From positions 1-35,556 of IMG/VR virus record IMGVR_UViG_3300030372_003368: a stretch of 35,556 nt of DNA, one strand, 5' to 3'. This document shows, in pieces, positions 1-7,663 of the stretch; position 1 is the stretch's first letter; the number at the start of each line of letters is the position of its first letter. The stretch comes from a virus. Its lineage: Duplodnaviria; Caudoviricetes. The position numbers were made by a program, and so were the translations under genes. A model generated the notes under the pieces. It made no database searches and was not told the origin of the DNA. It saw only the letters and a program-made list of their open reading frames with translations.

Positions 1-65
1 AGAAGACTGGCGGCGCGACGCCGCGCAACTGCGAAGGTTTATTAAAAAATGGAAGGTGAAGGGAG
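1..65 (+). repeat. Exact 65-bp terminal direct repeat, copy 1
   Basis: AGAAGACTGG...GTGAAGGGAG is identical to 35241-35305 and diverges at the next base. Confidence 0.97.
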
Positions 66-79
66 GAGCTCATGACTAA
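2..79 (+). CDS. 3' fragment of the gene at 35041-35313 (allele ending KVKGGAHD*)
   Basis: Same frame and sequence as the end of 35041..35313 (EDWRRDAAQLRRFIKKWKVKG), stop TAA at 77-79. Confidence 0.75.
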   Translation, partial: EDWRRDAAQLRRFIKKWKVKGGAHD

Positions 80-260
80 CGTAAAACAATTGAAAGAATT
101 TACAATTCAGCGCTGTAAGGGTGAGGATGGGTTTTCTTACGTCGTGTCACATGCCTACGACGATTATGGCAACCCCGGCGGTGGCCGCGTCATGGGTTGG
201 TTCGCCACTGAGGAGGAAGCTATTGATTGGATCAACACCGATTTCGGAGCGCAGTCATGA
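72..260 (+). CDS. Small early hypothetical protein (62 aa), variable-slot allele A
   Basis: GGAGG RBS at 62-66 and ATGA coupling to the next gene. Confidence 0.8.
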   Translation: MTNVKQLKEFTIQRCKGEDGFSYVVSHAYDDYGNPGGGRVMGWFATEEEAIDWINTDFGAQS

Positions 261-312
261 AGCGCAAAGTCACAATGGAATTGACTGTGCAGCAGGCAGC
301 GAAGGTACACGA
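233..312 (+). repeat. Diverged 80-bp repeat, homologous to 35477-35556
   Basis: 9 mismatches in 80 nt by manual alignment. Confidence 0.92.
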
Positions 313-454
313 CCTGCTTGGGCACGGGCTGCAGGATGCAGAAGCTGCATGCCTGTACACACCGCAACAAGAGGCAGCAGCACACCGCGCATATGACACG
401 GTCGTGCAGGCACTACGCGAAGCATTCGGGGAGCGTCTGCATGACACCCCGTAA
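257..454 (+). CDS. Small early hypothetical protein (MKRKVTMELT...)
   Basis: ATG at 257 with GGAG RBS. The homologous start at 35501 conserves the amino-acid sequence, which supports coding. Confidence 0.8.
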   Translation: MKRKVTMELTVQQAAKVHDLLGHGLQDAEAACLYTPQQEAAAHRAYDTVVQALREAFGERLHDTP

Positions 455-1241
455 TCCCAAATCAACCACGGCGCGCATTTACACCCGTGTCTCAACGCAG
501 AAGCAGGGGCAAAGCGGGCTCGGCCTTGAGGCGCAGGAAGAGATCGGCAGGCAGAAAGCTAAAGAGTTAGGTCTGAAGGTCATTGAGGTGGTGGTCGAGG
601 TTGAGTCGGGGCGCAAGTCGCGTACCGGTCGCCCCGCACTCCGCAAGGCTGTAGATGATTGTCGCCTTGACGGCAGCGTACTAATTGTAGCCAAGCTCGA
701 TCGCCTGTCGCGGAATTTCAATTTCATGAGCAAGATCACTGAAGCGGCAGAGCGGGACGGCATCGGTATCGTTGCCTGCGACGTGCCCGATCTCGGCAAC
801 CCGGCTACGAGCAAGTTTTTGTGGCGCATCCTCGCTGCAGTTGCAGAGCTTGAGGCAGAGCAGACATCGGAGCGCACAAAGGTCGCACTGACTGCTGCGC
901 GTAAGCGTGGTGTCAAACTCGGATCACCGGACAGCGTCAAGGCGAGCAAGCAAGGTCGTGCCGCGTTTCAATATGACACGATTAAATACGCGCAGGACAT
1001 CGTCATGCCTGCGATCGCGGAGATTGAGAAGATTGGCATCTTCGGATTGCGTGCTACCGCTCGCGAATTGAATGCCCGTCATGTGCCGACTTACCAGCAG
1101 CACTTGATTGATTTGGGTGTCTCAACGCGGGAGCCCGGCAAGAAGCCGCCGCAATGGCGTGCCGAGACCGTCAAGAGGGCGATCGAGAACGCCGGCAAAC
1201 CATTACCGAAACGGGTGAAGAGCAGAGGGGAAGCAAAATGA
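441..1241 (+). CDS. Serine recombinase (resolvase catalytic domain plus short Recombinase-type DNA-binding domain)
   Basis: YTRVST (catalytic Ser), ESG...RPAL, KLDRLSR, AELE..SERTK..L..A..RGVKLG, then LRATARELN...W...V. Probable start is ATG 441. Confidence 0.93.
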   Translation: MTPRNPKSTTARIYTRVSTQKQGQSGLGLEAQEEIGRQKAKELGLKVIEVVVEVESGRKSRTGRPALRKAVDDCRLDGSVLIVAKLDRLSRNFNFMSKITEAAERDGIGIVACDVPDLGNPATSKFLWRILAAVAELEAEQTSERTKVALTAARKRGVKLGSPDSVKASKQGRAAFQYDTIKYAQDIVMPAIAEIEKIGIFGLRATARELNARHVPTYQQHLIDLGVSTREPGKKPPQWRAETVKRAIENAGKPLPKRVKSRGEAK

Positions 1242-1930
1242 ACAATGCAAATTTGGAGCCGATGAAAGACAATTTTAGCGAGGAAGAGCACAAGCAAAAG
1301 ATGCTCGAATGGCTCGATACTGTGCGACAAATCTGCCGGGTTTGTGGTATGCGGTTTTCGGTCATTCCTGCCGTATGGTTTTGGAGAAACCGGATGCGGG
1401 CGGTTGCCCTGATGACGCGCATGGCAACGACCATGAACGAAGAGATGGGCGCGTATGGCGAGCCAGTCGGGCCCACAATCGCACGATGGCGTGCGGTGTC
1501 GCCGATGCAGAAAAAACTAATCCGCGTGATCATTAATTTACTCACAACAGAAAGAAGGCCGATCACGATTAGCATGATCGAGGCAGAGAACGCCCGATAT
1601 GGTAACGGGGCTTCGGCAGACACGGTGCGTGAGACTGTCAACCACGCGATCCAACTGAAGCTGCTGACGAAACGCGGGCGAGGCCCGAAAACATCTTACC
1701 GCGCAACGCGACTGTTAATCGATGAGATTGCGTTGAGGTGTTACACTAGGATGCGGTCAGACCCGTATTTTCTGAGCATGGCGAAATTTGCTGTGGCGCT
1801 CGAAACGCTACACACCGAAAACGAACAGACCTCGATTGACGAACGGCAAGGGTCAGTCGCGCCGTCCGATCACCCGTCATATCTTGAGCGGCTGTATTGG
1901 GGTGACGACGGCCACCGTAGCGAAGGTTAA
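1238..1930 (+). CDS. Hypothetical protein with probable winged-helix DNA-binding domain
   Basis: ATGA-coupled to the recombinase. ITISMIE...SADTVRETVNHAIQLKLLTK..G...SYRAT fits an HTH-plus-wing pattern. Confidence 0.6.
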   Translation: MNNANLEPMKDNFSEEEHKQKMLEWLDTVRQICRVCGMRFSVIPAVWFWRNRMRAVALMTRMATTMNEEMGAYGEPVGPTIARWRAVSPMQKKLIRVIINLLTTERRPITISMIEAENARYGNGASADTVRETVNHAIQLKLLTKRGRGPKTSYRATRLLIDEIALRCYTRMRSDPYFLSMAKFAVALETLHTENEQTSIDERQGSVAPSDHPSYLERLYWGDDGHRSEG

Positions 1931-1997
1931 TCGCCGATTTTTCCGACGATATCGCCGAAATTTTCTGAGATTAATTCGCAACAAAGGAGGTTATAAG

Positions 1998-2219
1998 GTG
2001 AACAGGGGAAGTACAATGGAAGACACACCGAGAGGAATGGATCGCGTTGCTGCCGCCAAGTACATTGGCGCAAGCCCTACGACGTTCGACCGCATGGTGA
2101 GCGACGGCCGCCTGCCGCAGCCACGTAGGGTGTCACTCAAGCGGTTTGTGTGGGATCGCAAAGAGCTAGACCGCGCTTTTGACAAATTGCCTCATAGAAA
2201 AACGGCAGGTGATTGGTAA
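1998..2219 (+). CDS. xis: Excisionase / AlpA-like HTH protein
   Basis: AAAKYIGASPTTFDRMVSDGRLPQPR...VWDRKELD, directly upstream of the integrase. GTG 1998 follows AAGGAGG; alternative start ATG 2016. Confidence 0.8.
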   Translation: MNRGSTMEDTPRGMDRVAAAKYIGASPTTFDRMVSDGRLPQPRRVSLKRFVWDRKELDRAFDKLPHRKTAGDW

Positions 2220-3322
2220 TGCCGCGTAAACCCAAACGGCCAAAGCTGCCAAACCTTCCGCACCTGCGCCCGGTGCTATCTCGCCACGGCAAGTGGTATG
2301 TGTATGTGCAGAAGCACGGCAGAGGTAAGGCGTATCGCATCACAGCAGATTACAAGACAGAGCCGCTTGCCTTCATAGAGCAGTATAAGGACGCTGTGGC
2401 GCAGCTAGAGCGGATGCCGGTGTCTGCCCCCAACAAAGACGTGGAGACTCTCAGCGGACTTTACAGCGCGTTTAAAAAGTCAGCCAAGTGGGCGAGTTAC
2501 AAAGAGGGCACAGTCAAAAGCAAAACCCGGCGTCTTGATCAGATTATGCGTGATCACGGTTGGAAGCGGTACGGCCAACTCAATCGCAATACGATGCAAG
2601 ATTTGCACGACAAGTGGTGCGAAGATAACGGTACAGAGCAAGCCAAGAAATTTCTCGCTGATCTCTCGCCGATGTTCGAGTTTGCTGTGCAACGCGGGTA
2701 TGCCGGGGCTAAGTGGGTCAATCCTTGCCATAACATAACGCGGCGCAAACCGGAAAACGCACAGGGCTTTCGAGTATGGGAGCCGCATCACCTGCAGCAG
2801 TACGAACAGCATCATCCGATTGGCACGATGCCACGCCTCGCTTATGAGTTGATGTTTTGGACCGGAGCCGCATCTGCCGATGCTTATTTGATTGGCCCGC
2901 AGCATATTCGTCGCGACACCAACGGAGCGGCGCGGGTGTATTTCGACCGGCAGAAAACAGGCGCACCAATTAACGTGCCATTCCACCCCAATCTACAGCA
3001 CGCAATTGAGCAAACCGAGACCGGCGATATGGTGTACCTACTCACAACACGGGGCACACGATTTGGATCAGCTAAAAGCTACTCGCAGTGGTTCACCACT
3101 ACGGTTAAGCAAGCAGAGTTGCCGCACGGCCGGCCACCGATCGGTCTATCCGCGCACGGTCTTCGCAAGGCAGGCGCTACTGCAATGGCAGAAGACGGTG
3201 CCAGCGATCATGAATTGATGGCGTTCTACGGTTGGAAAAAAGCGGAAACGTCACGCATCTACACAGCGAAAGCAAGCGCGGCTGTAATGGCAACCAACGC
3301 ATCTGCAAGGTTGCGAAAATGA
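2219..3322 (+). CDS. int: Tyrosine integrase (first catalytic Arg replaced)
   Basis: QKT, HGLRK, GW and RIYT motifs present. Box I reads WTGAASAD rather than TGxR. TAATG-coupled to xis. Confidence 0.92.
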   Translation: MPRKPKRPKLPNLPHLRPVLSRHGKWYVYVQKHGRGKAYRITADYKTEPLAFIEQYKDAVAQLERMPVSAPNKDVETLSGLYSAFKKSAKWASYKEGTVKSKTRRLDQIMRDHGWKRYGQLNRNTMQDLHDKWCEDNGTEQAKKFLADLSPMFEFAVQRGYAGAKWVNPCHNITRRKPENAQGFRVWEPHHLQQYEQHHPIGTMPRLAYELMFWTGAASADAYLIGPQHIRRDTNGAARVYFDRQKTGAPINVPFHPNLQHAIEQTETGDMVYLLTTRGTRFGSAKSYSQWFTTTVKQAELPHGRPPIGLSAHGLRKAGATAMAEDGASDHELMAFYGWKKAETSRIYTAKASAAVMATNASARLRK

Positions 3323-3338
3323 ACAAAAAAAGCACAGA

Positions 3339-3532
3339 ATATGCAAACGCAGGGAGTAAGTGTTGCAAACCACCCGCATATTTGGGGGTATTCAACGGTT
3401 CTGAGGAGATAATGGCGCCCTCGGCAGGAGTGCCAATAACGCCGCAACCTATTGGAATTACTACATTCCTTAAAATAGTTTGCATACAAAACATCTCCAT
3501 GAATACGCATGAATACCCCTCGATATGCAAAC
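3339..3532. repeat. Putative integrase arm-type sites (TGCAAAC x4)
   Basis: Copies at 3342-3348, 3364-3370, 3478-3484 (inverted) and 3526-3532, two on each side of the core. Also a CATGAATAC tandem at 3498/3508. Confidence 0.6.
3413..3431 (-). other. attP core: 3' end of a tRNA (likely tRNA-Arg)
   Basis: The minus strand ACT-CCTGC-CGAGGGC-G-CCA parses as T-loop 3' half, T-stem, acceptor stem, discriminator and CCA. It lies 90 bp downstream of int. Confidence 0.8.
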
Positions 3533-3547
3533 CGAGAGGGATGAGAT

Positions 3548-3646
3548 ATGGAAATATTCAAGAGCATATTTGAGGGCGTCGTGTTTCTTGCGGCGCTCGT
3601 CACCTTGTGCGCGTGGATGTTTGTGCTTGAGGCGTTGATCCAATGA
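3548..3646 (+). CDS. 32-aa single-TM peptide (not in ORF track)
   Basis: MEIFKSIFEGVVFLAALVTLCAWMFVLEALIQ*, purine-rich RBS, ATGA overlap with the exonuclease. Confidence 0.6.
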   Translation: MEIFKSIFEGVVFLAALVTLCAWMFVLEALIQ

Positions 3647-4542
3647 AGCACAGCATAACCGGGCAAGAGAGCGGCGCGTCAGACCCACCATTTATTACGG
3701 CAATCGACGGCACGTTTCTGATACCGTTTGGAAAGACGCCCAACGATATCCTGCAGCGTCATCGTGATGCGCGAGATGGCGTCGAGGAAGACACCTCCAC
3801 GCCGTTTATGAAGCGCGGTAACTACATGCAGGACGGTGCCCTGCAGTGGTTCAACGACGAGTTCGACGCGCACGTCGTGGAGCCTGAGATCGGCTACCGC
3901 AATGAATGGTGCAACATGGTCGCATCACTCGACGGCATGTACACCGCTGATTGGATGCACGGCAATTACCTGATCCCTGCCGGCAGCGTGTGGGAATGCA
4001 AAATCCCCGGCTACCCGGCAGAGCGCATCGATGGCATGGAGCGTGTCCTGCAGGTGCAGGCACAGATGGACTGTGCCAATTGCGAGTGGGGTGTCATTGC
4101 CGAGTTGGCGATGTCTGACTGCCGTTGGCGCATTGCGATTGTACCGCGACATCAACCGACGATCGATCACATTCGGCGGGCGGTCGATGAGTTTTGGCAG
4201 CACATGCAGGACGGCACCGATTACGGGCCGCAGACCTCAAGCGAGGCAAGTCGCATGCTGCTCGGCAATCGTCTCCCCGATCGTATGGACCTTACTGAGA
4301 GCCCCACAACCGAGATTATGAATGAGGCACGTCAGCATCTGATCGATGCATCTGAAACGTACCTGACCGCCCGGCGCACCAAACAATCGTGCGAGCGGAT
4401 GATGGACGAATGCGGGTTGATCATGAAGGCGATGATGAATGATGTCGAGCGGGTCAAGTTGCCCGGCGGCATAACGATTAACCACACAACAACGAACGAT
4501 GAAAAGCCTCGCCGCTTTTCTGTGACGGAGTTAAAGACATGA
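3643..4542 (+). CDS. YqaJ / lambda-exonuclease family recombination nuclease
   Basis: G-A-S, RGN..Q, ASLDG, WECK and QVQAQM motifs; adjacent to ERF. Confidence 0.85.
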   Translation: MKHSITGQESGASDPPFITAIDGTFLIPFGKTPNDILQRHRDARDGVEEDTSTPFMKRGNYMQDGALQWFNDEFDAHVVEPEIGYRNEWCNMVASLDGMYTADWMHGNYLIPAGSVWECKIPGYPAERIDGMERVLQVQAQMDCANCEWGVIAELAMSDCRWRIAIVPRHQPTIDHIRRAVDEFWQHMQDGTDYGPQTSSEASRMLLGNRLPDRMDLTESPTTEIMNEARQHLIDASETYLTARRTKQSCERMMDECGLIMKAMMNDVERVKLPGGITINHTTTNDEKPRRFSVTELKT

Positions 4543-4673
4543 ACGAGGCAAGACAGTATCTGCAGTGGTGCGATGACATGGAGCGCCGCTATGACGTGAT
4601 GCCGCGGTGGTATTGGGATGAGGCAAAGCGTCAGGCTGAATTTGAAAAGGAGTCAAAAAGTGACCGAAAATAA
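4539..4673 (+). CDS. 44-aa hypothetical protein (not in ORF track)
   Basis: MNEARQYLQWCDDMERRY...KSDRK*, ATGA-coupled, fills the exo-ERF gap. Confidence 0.6.
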   Translation: MNEARQYLQWCDDMERRYDVMPRWYWDEAKRQAEFEKESKSDRK

Positions 4674-5334
4674 TTTTCACGCAGACCTAGTGGCTGCGCT
4701 GTCAGAAATACCCAACCCGCCAATGACACAGGTGAACCCGCATTTCCGGTCAAAATTTTCATCACTCAAGGATTGCGTGAATACGATCAAGCCAATCTTG
4801 AGCAAGCACGGCATCGCAGTGACGCAGATGGTTAGGCACGGCGAGGCAGGCGATCGTGTTGTTACGCGCCTTGTCCACAAGAGCGGCGACTTTGTTGAGG
4901 ACGGCGGCGTGCCGCTCTCGAATACGTCTGACCCGCAGAAGATGGGTAGCTCTATGACATACGCACGTCGCTATGGGTTGCTGTCGATTTGCGGCGTTGT
5001 CGGTGATCCCGACGACGACGGCAACAAAGCGTCTGAACCGGAGCCGGTTGTCGCCAAGCCGATCGTGAGAGACGACGCGAGCGATTATGTGCTGTCGTTC
5101 CTCGATGCGCGGACGCTGTCATTCGATAACAGCAAAGGGTGGGTTGATGCGTACCGGCTTGAAATGCGGAAGCTCATGAATGATGACGAGCTTACGCCTG
5201 ACGAGCGCATGACCTGCATGAAAGAATTGGAAGAGAAAAATGCAGACACCTTGGATGCACTGGCACCGGGCGTCTCGAAGGATTTGCGTGACAAGCGCCT
5301 CACAGCGAACAAGAAGATTGGAGCTGAGAAATGA
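4660..5334 (+). CDS. erf: ERF-family single-strand annealing protein
   Basis: NPHFRSKFSSL, T.LVHKSG, PQKMGSSMTYARRYGL...DDDGN. GTG start after AAGGAG. Confidence 0.92.
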   Translation: MTENNFHADLVAALSEIPNPPMTQVNPHFRSKFSSLKDCVNTIKPILSKHGIAVTQMVRHGEAGDRVVTRLVHKSGDFVEDGGVPLSNTSDPQKMGSSMTYARRYGLLSICGVVGDPDDDGNKASEPEPVVAKPIVRDDASDYVLSFLDARTLSFDNSKGWVDAYRLEMRKLMNDDELTPDERMTCMKELEEKNADTLDALAPGVSKDLRDKRLTANKKIGAEK

Positions 5335-5573
5335 ACACAGTCGTAGCGGCAGGAAACGAACTAAAGCACGGCATGACGCCCCGCCAAAAAACCGTACTTG
5401 ATTACGTGCGCGATTACATCGAGCTACACGAATACTCCCCATCTATGCGGGAGATTTCGGACAATTGCGATATACATCTCAGCGGGGTTGCGCGTGTTCT
5501 AAACTCATTGGAAAAACGCAGGCGTATATCCCGACTCTACGGTGTCAGTCGCTCGCTCGTCGTGCTCGACTGA
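5331..5573 (+). CDS. LexA N-terminal-like DNA-binding protein without peptidase domain
   Basis: MTPRQKTVLDYV......YSPSMREI......SGVARVLNSLEKRRRISR..G.SRSL. Confidence 0.85.
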   Translation: MNTVVAAGNELKHGMTPRQKTVLDYVRDYIELHEYSPSMREISDNCDIHLSGVARVLNSLEKRRRISRLYGVSRSLVVLD

Positions 5574-5946
5574 TCGCTTCCAACCACGTTTCTTTCTCGG
5601 CGGCGGGGCTGAAGAGTCTCGCCGCTATTCTTTTGGTGCGTGCCTGCACTTTGCTGACGTGCACAAAATAACAGAGCCGCAAATCAAGCGCGACCAGTGC
5701 GAAGATGTCGATCTTGTCTGCAGTCATGATGCGTTTTGTGGTGCGCCCGTGACCCGTGATGAATTGATACGACGTGCGATCGTCTTGCAGCTTCGCAGTC
5801 GATTTCACCTCCACGCGATACCACTGATTGTGGTAGTTCGTGACGATGTCACAGCCGTCTGTGCGGACAATGGCTGGCATGCCGCCCAACCGCTCGATCG
5901 CTGCCGCCGCGAGCAGGTCTCCCACCCTGCCCGACCGCGTGCTCAT
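5545..5946 (-). CDS. PD-(D/E)XK-family endonuclease
   Basis: G..GD..A, GCDIV, RVEVKST, IDIFALV. Confidence 0.7.
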   Translation of the reverse strand: MSTRSGRVGDLLAAAAIERLGGMPAIVRTDGCDIVTNYHNQWYRVEVKSTAKLQDDRTSYQFITGHGRTTKRIMTADKIDIFALVALDLRLCYFVHVSKVQARTKRIAARLFSPAAEKETWLEAISRARRASD

Positions 5947-6254
5947 TGATCAGCGGCGGCTCGTATCTTGTCCCGCAGCACCCCGTAATCAATCAGCATC
6001 TGACCGAGTGCGCTACAGTCGTCCGACACGGTGTCGTGCGAACACGGTTCTTTCAAAAACTCGGTTTCGACTGCTGCCTTGGCGAGGAACTCCGGTGAAT
6101 ACTCCTGCATCGGCGGCACGATGACGACACCCTCTGCCTTCTCGGCAGTAAGATAGTCGAAATAGGCACCCGTCGCTGATGCGCCTGCACCGACGATACT
6201 AGAAGCTACTGTCACGCAACCGCTTGGCAGTATAAGGCATAGACCGATTGCCAT
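5943..6254 (-). CDS. Lipoprotein, probable o-spanin (Rz1-like)
   Basis: Signal peptide with lipobox LPSGC. Overlaps the 3' end of the i-spanin candidate within the lysis cassette. Confidence 0.6.
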   Translation of the reverse strand: MAIGLCLILPSGCVTVASSIVGAGASATGAYFDYLTAEKAEGVVIVPPMQEYSPEFLAKAAVETEFLKEPCSHDTVSDDCSALGQMLIDYGVLRDKIRAAADQ

Positions 6255-6402
6255 CCACCGCAGCCATGCGCCGATGCGCCTCGACCTCGGCTGCGAGGGC
6301 TTTAGCCTTTGCCGCCTTGCGGACAGCCCTCGCCAAGAGGATGGCCCCCCCGGCGAGTACTGCGATGCCACATACGATGGAGACGACAACGGTCGTACTC
6401 AA
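6199..6402 (-). CDS. Probable i-spanin (Rz-like)
   Basis: N-terminal TM followed by an Ala-rich helix; located after the holin. Confidence 0.55.
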   Translation of the reverse strand: MSTTVVVSIVCGIAVLAGGAILLARAVRKAAKAKALAAEVEAHRRMAAVDGNRSMPYTAKRLRDSSF

Positions 6403-6572
6403 CTCTCTGCTTTCTCACCGAGAAAGAACCCGGCCACACCAGCAAGGGCGGCTAACCCTGTGCTGATGTTCTGCATGAGGCCCGGGTCCACGTTGACCCC
6501 TATGAGGGCAAGCACGCCGGTGAGGGCAGCATAACTAGATGGCTCGCGCAGTCTCTTTATCAACTGTTGCAT
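6399..6572 (-). CDS. Holin (2 TM)
   Basis: KRLREPSSYAAL pattern with two hydrophobic segments, next to the endolysin. Confidence 0.7.
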   Translation of the reverse strand: MQQLIKRLREPSSYAALTGVLALIGVNVDPGLMQNISTGLAALAGVAGFFLGEKAES

Positions 6573-6592
6573 TACGACTCCTGACGTTCGAG

Positions 6593-6982
6593 TTAAGTGT
6601 ATGACCATAAATTTGGTCTAGGGGAATGAGTGATTACATCGACATGCAAAAATCGCTGATGGTGTCGCCCGGTTTGATTAACGCCGATACCTGTCACGCG
6701 GTCATCTGCACAGAATAATTTTAGTAACTCGTATGCCTCCCGTCCGCTGCATTGCACATCTGCTGCAGCTCCGCTGTTGTGTGCACCCGGCTTAATTTTG
6801 CGGGCCTCGATCGGGTGCTTCTCGCAGCGATAGCCGGACGTTATTTTCATCGGCTTGCCGTACTGTGAGCGCACCGACTGCAGTACCTCTAACAGCGTGG
6901 CGTCGAGCTTTAACGTGTCGCAGCCGCACCGACAGCGGAACTCACTCTCGCTGAAATTTGGATATCGCTGCCAATCAATCAT
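6593..6982 (-). CDS. Endolysin, peptidase M15 family
   Basis: NFS..EF.C.CGC, ITSGYRC..H, H..G.AAD, FLHVD. Alternative start 6997. Confidence 0.92.
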   Translation of the reverse strand: MIDWQRYPNFSESEFRCRCGCDTLKLDATLLEVLQSVRSQYGKPMKITSGYRCEKHPIEARKIKPGAHNSGAAADVQCSGREAYELLKLFCADDRVTGIGVNQTGRHHQRFLHVDVITHSPRPNLWSYT

Positions 6983-7346
6983 GCTTGTCAAATCCATCTA
7001 TAGGCGGGTGCCGACCATTATGAGCGGAGAGGTATTCGCGACGATGTGCATCAACATCTCGCCGCAGATGCGCCACCTCGGCCTTCATGCGCTCAAGCTC
7101 GCGATGCAACCTCTCGCGATTGTGCGGGTCCATCATTCCGCTAATCACAGACAATCGCTGTCCGACGAGGTCAGTAGCTGTGTCGTTACGATCAAGGCGC
7201 GCATCCAATTGATTGAGCCGCGTTAGGGCTTCCTTCAGTTCATTTTCAACCTGCTGCAGCTTGGACTTCACCATTGCGAAAGAGGTGATAATTGACGCGC
7301 TCATGCCACCCACGGTCACAATCATCTCGGGCGTGACCTCCATCAT
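6975..7346 (-). CDS. Membrane-anchored coiled-coil protein, lysis-associated
   Basis: Hydrophobic N-terminus plus heptad-like stretch, upstream of the endolysin. Confidence 0.6.
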   Translation of the reverse strand: MMEVTPEMIVTVGGMSASIITSFAMVKSKLQQVENELKEALTRLNQLDARLDRNDTATDLVGQRLSVISGMMDPHNRERLHRELERMKAEVAHLRRDVDAHRREYLSAHNGRHPPIDGFDKHD

Positions 7347-7660
7347 ATCGAGCTTGCCCCGTCACCTGCTGCCATGACGCAAGTGAGTTTTTGATGCTGC
7401 CGCCTGACGACAGCGATGAACCTGCCGTCGTTGTGGGTATACATGACAAAAGCCGGGCGTGCGGGATGAATGGCTTGCGTTAGCAATCCCTGCACAGTTG
7501 CCGAAAACCCCGACCGCTTTATAACCTGACCAAAAGCCTCACTTAACCAGCACGGTGACAGTGTTTGCATCCCCGCCGCAGGTCTACCCAACTCCCCCAA
7601 CGGGCTTGCTGTCGCCGGTGCGACGAACAGAAACAGAGCGATCAGAACGCGGATCGCCAT
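7343..7660 (-). CDS. Hypothetical secreted protein
   Basis: Signal peptide MAIRVLIALFLFVAPATA; two Cys. Confidence 0.6.
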   Translation of the reverse strand: MAIRVLIALFLFVAPATASPLGELGRPAAGMQTLSPCWLSEAFGQVIKRSGFSATVQGLLTQAIHPARPAFVMYTHNDGRFIAVVRRQHQKLTCVMAAGDGASSI

Positions 7661-7663
7661 CTT

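Noticed and set aside
1-65. Biological T7-like direct terminal repeat
   Set aside because: The repeat is mid-gene and the second copy is followed by 251 more bases, which fits an assembly overlap or allelic branch better.
318-440. N-terminal extension of the serine recombinase
   Set aside because: It overlaps the 257-454 gene, and the catalytic motif begins shortly after ATG 441.
3380-3490. Complete tRNA gene
   Set aside because: Only the last 19 nt fit; there is no D arm, anticodon arm or GTTC. Treated as the attP core.
3232-3573. 113-aa ORF (and the antisense ORFs) across attP
   Set aside because: It spans the att core and arm repeats and has no recognisable protein features.
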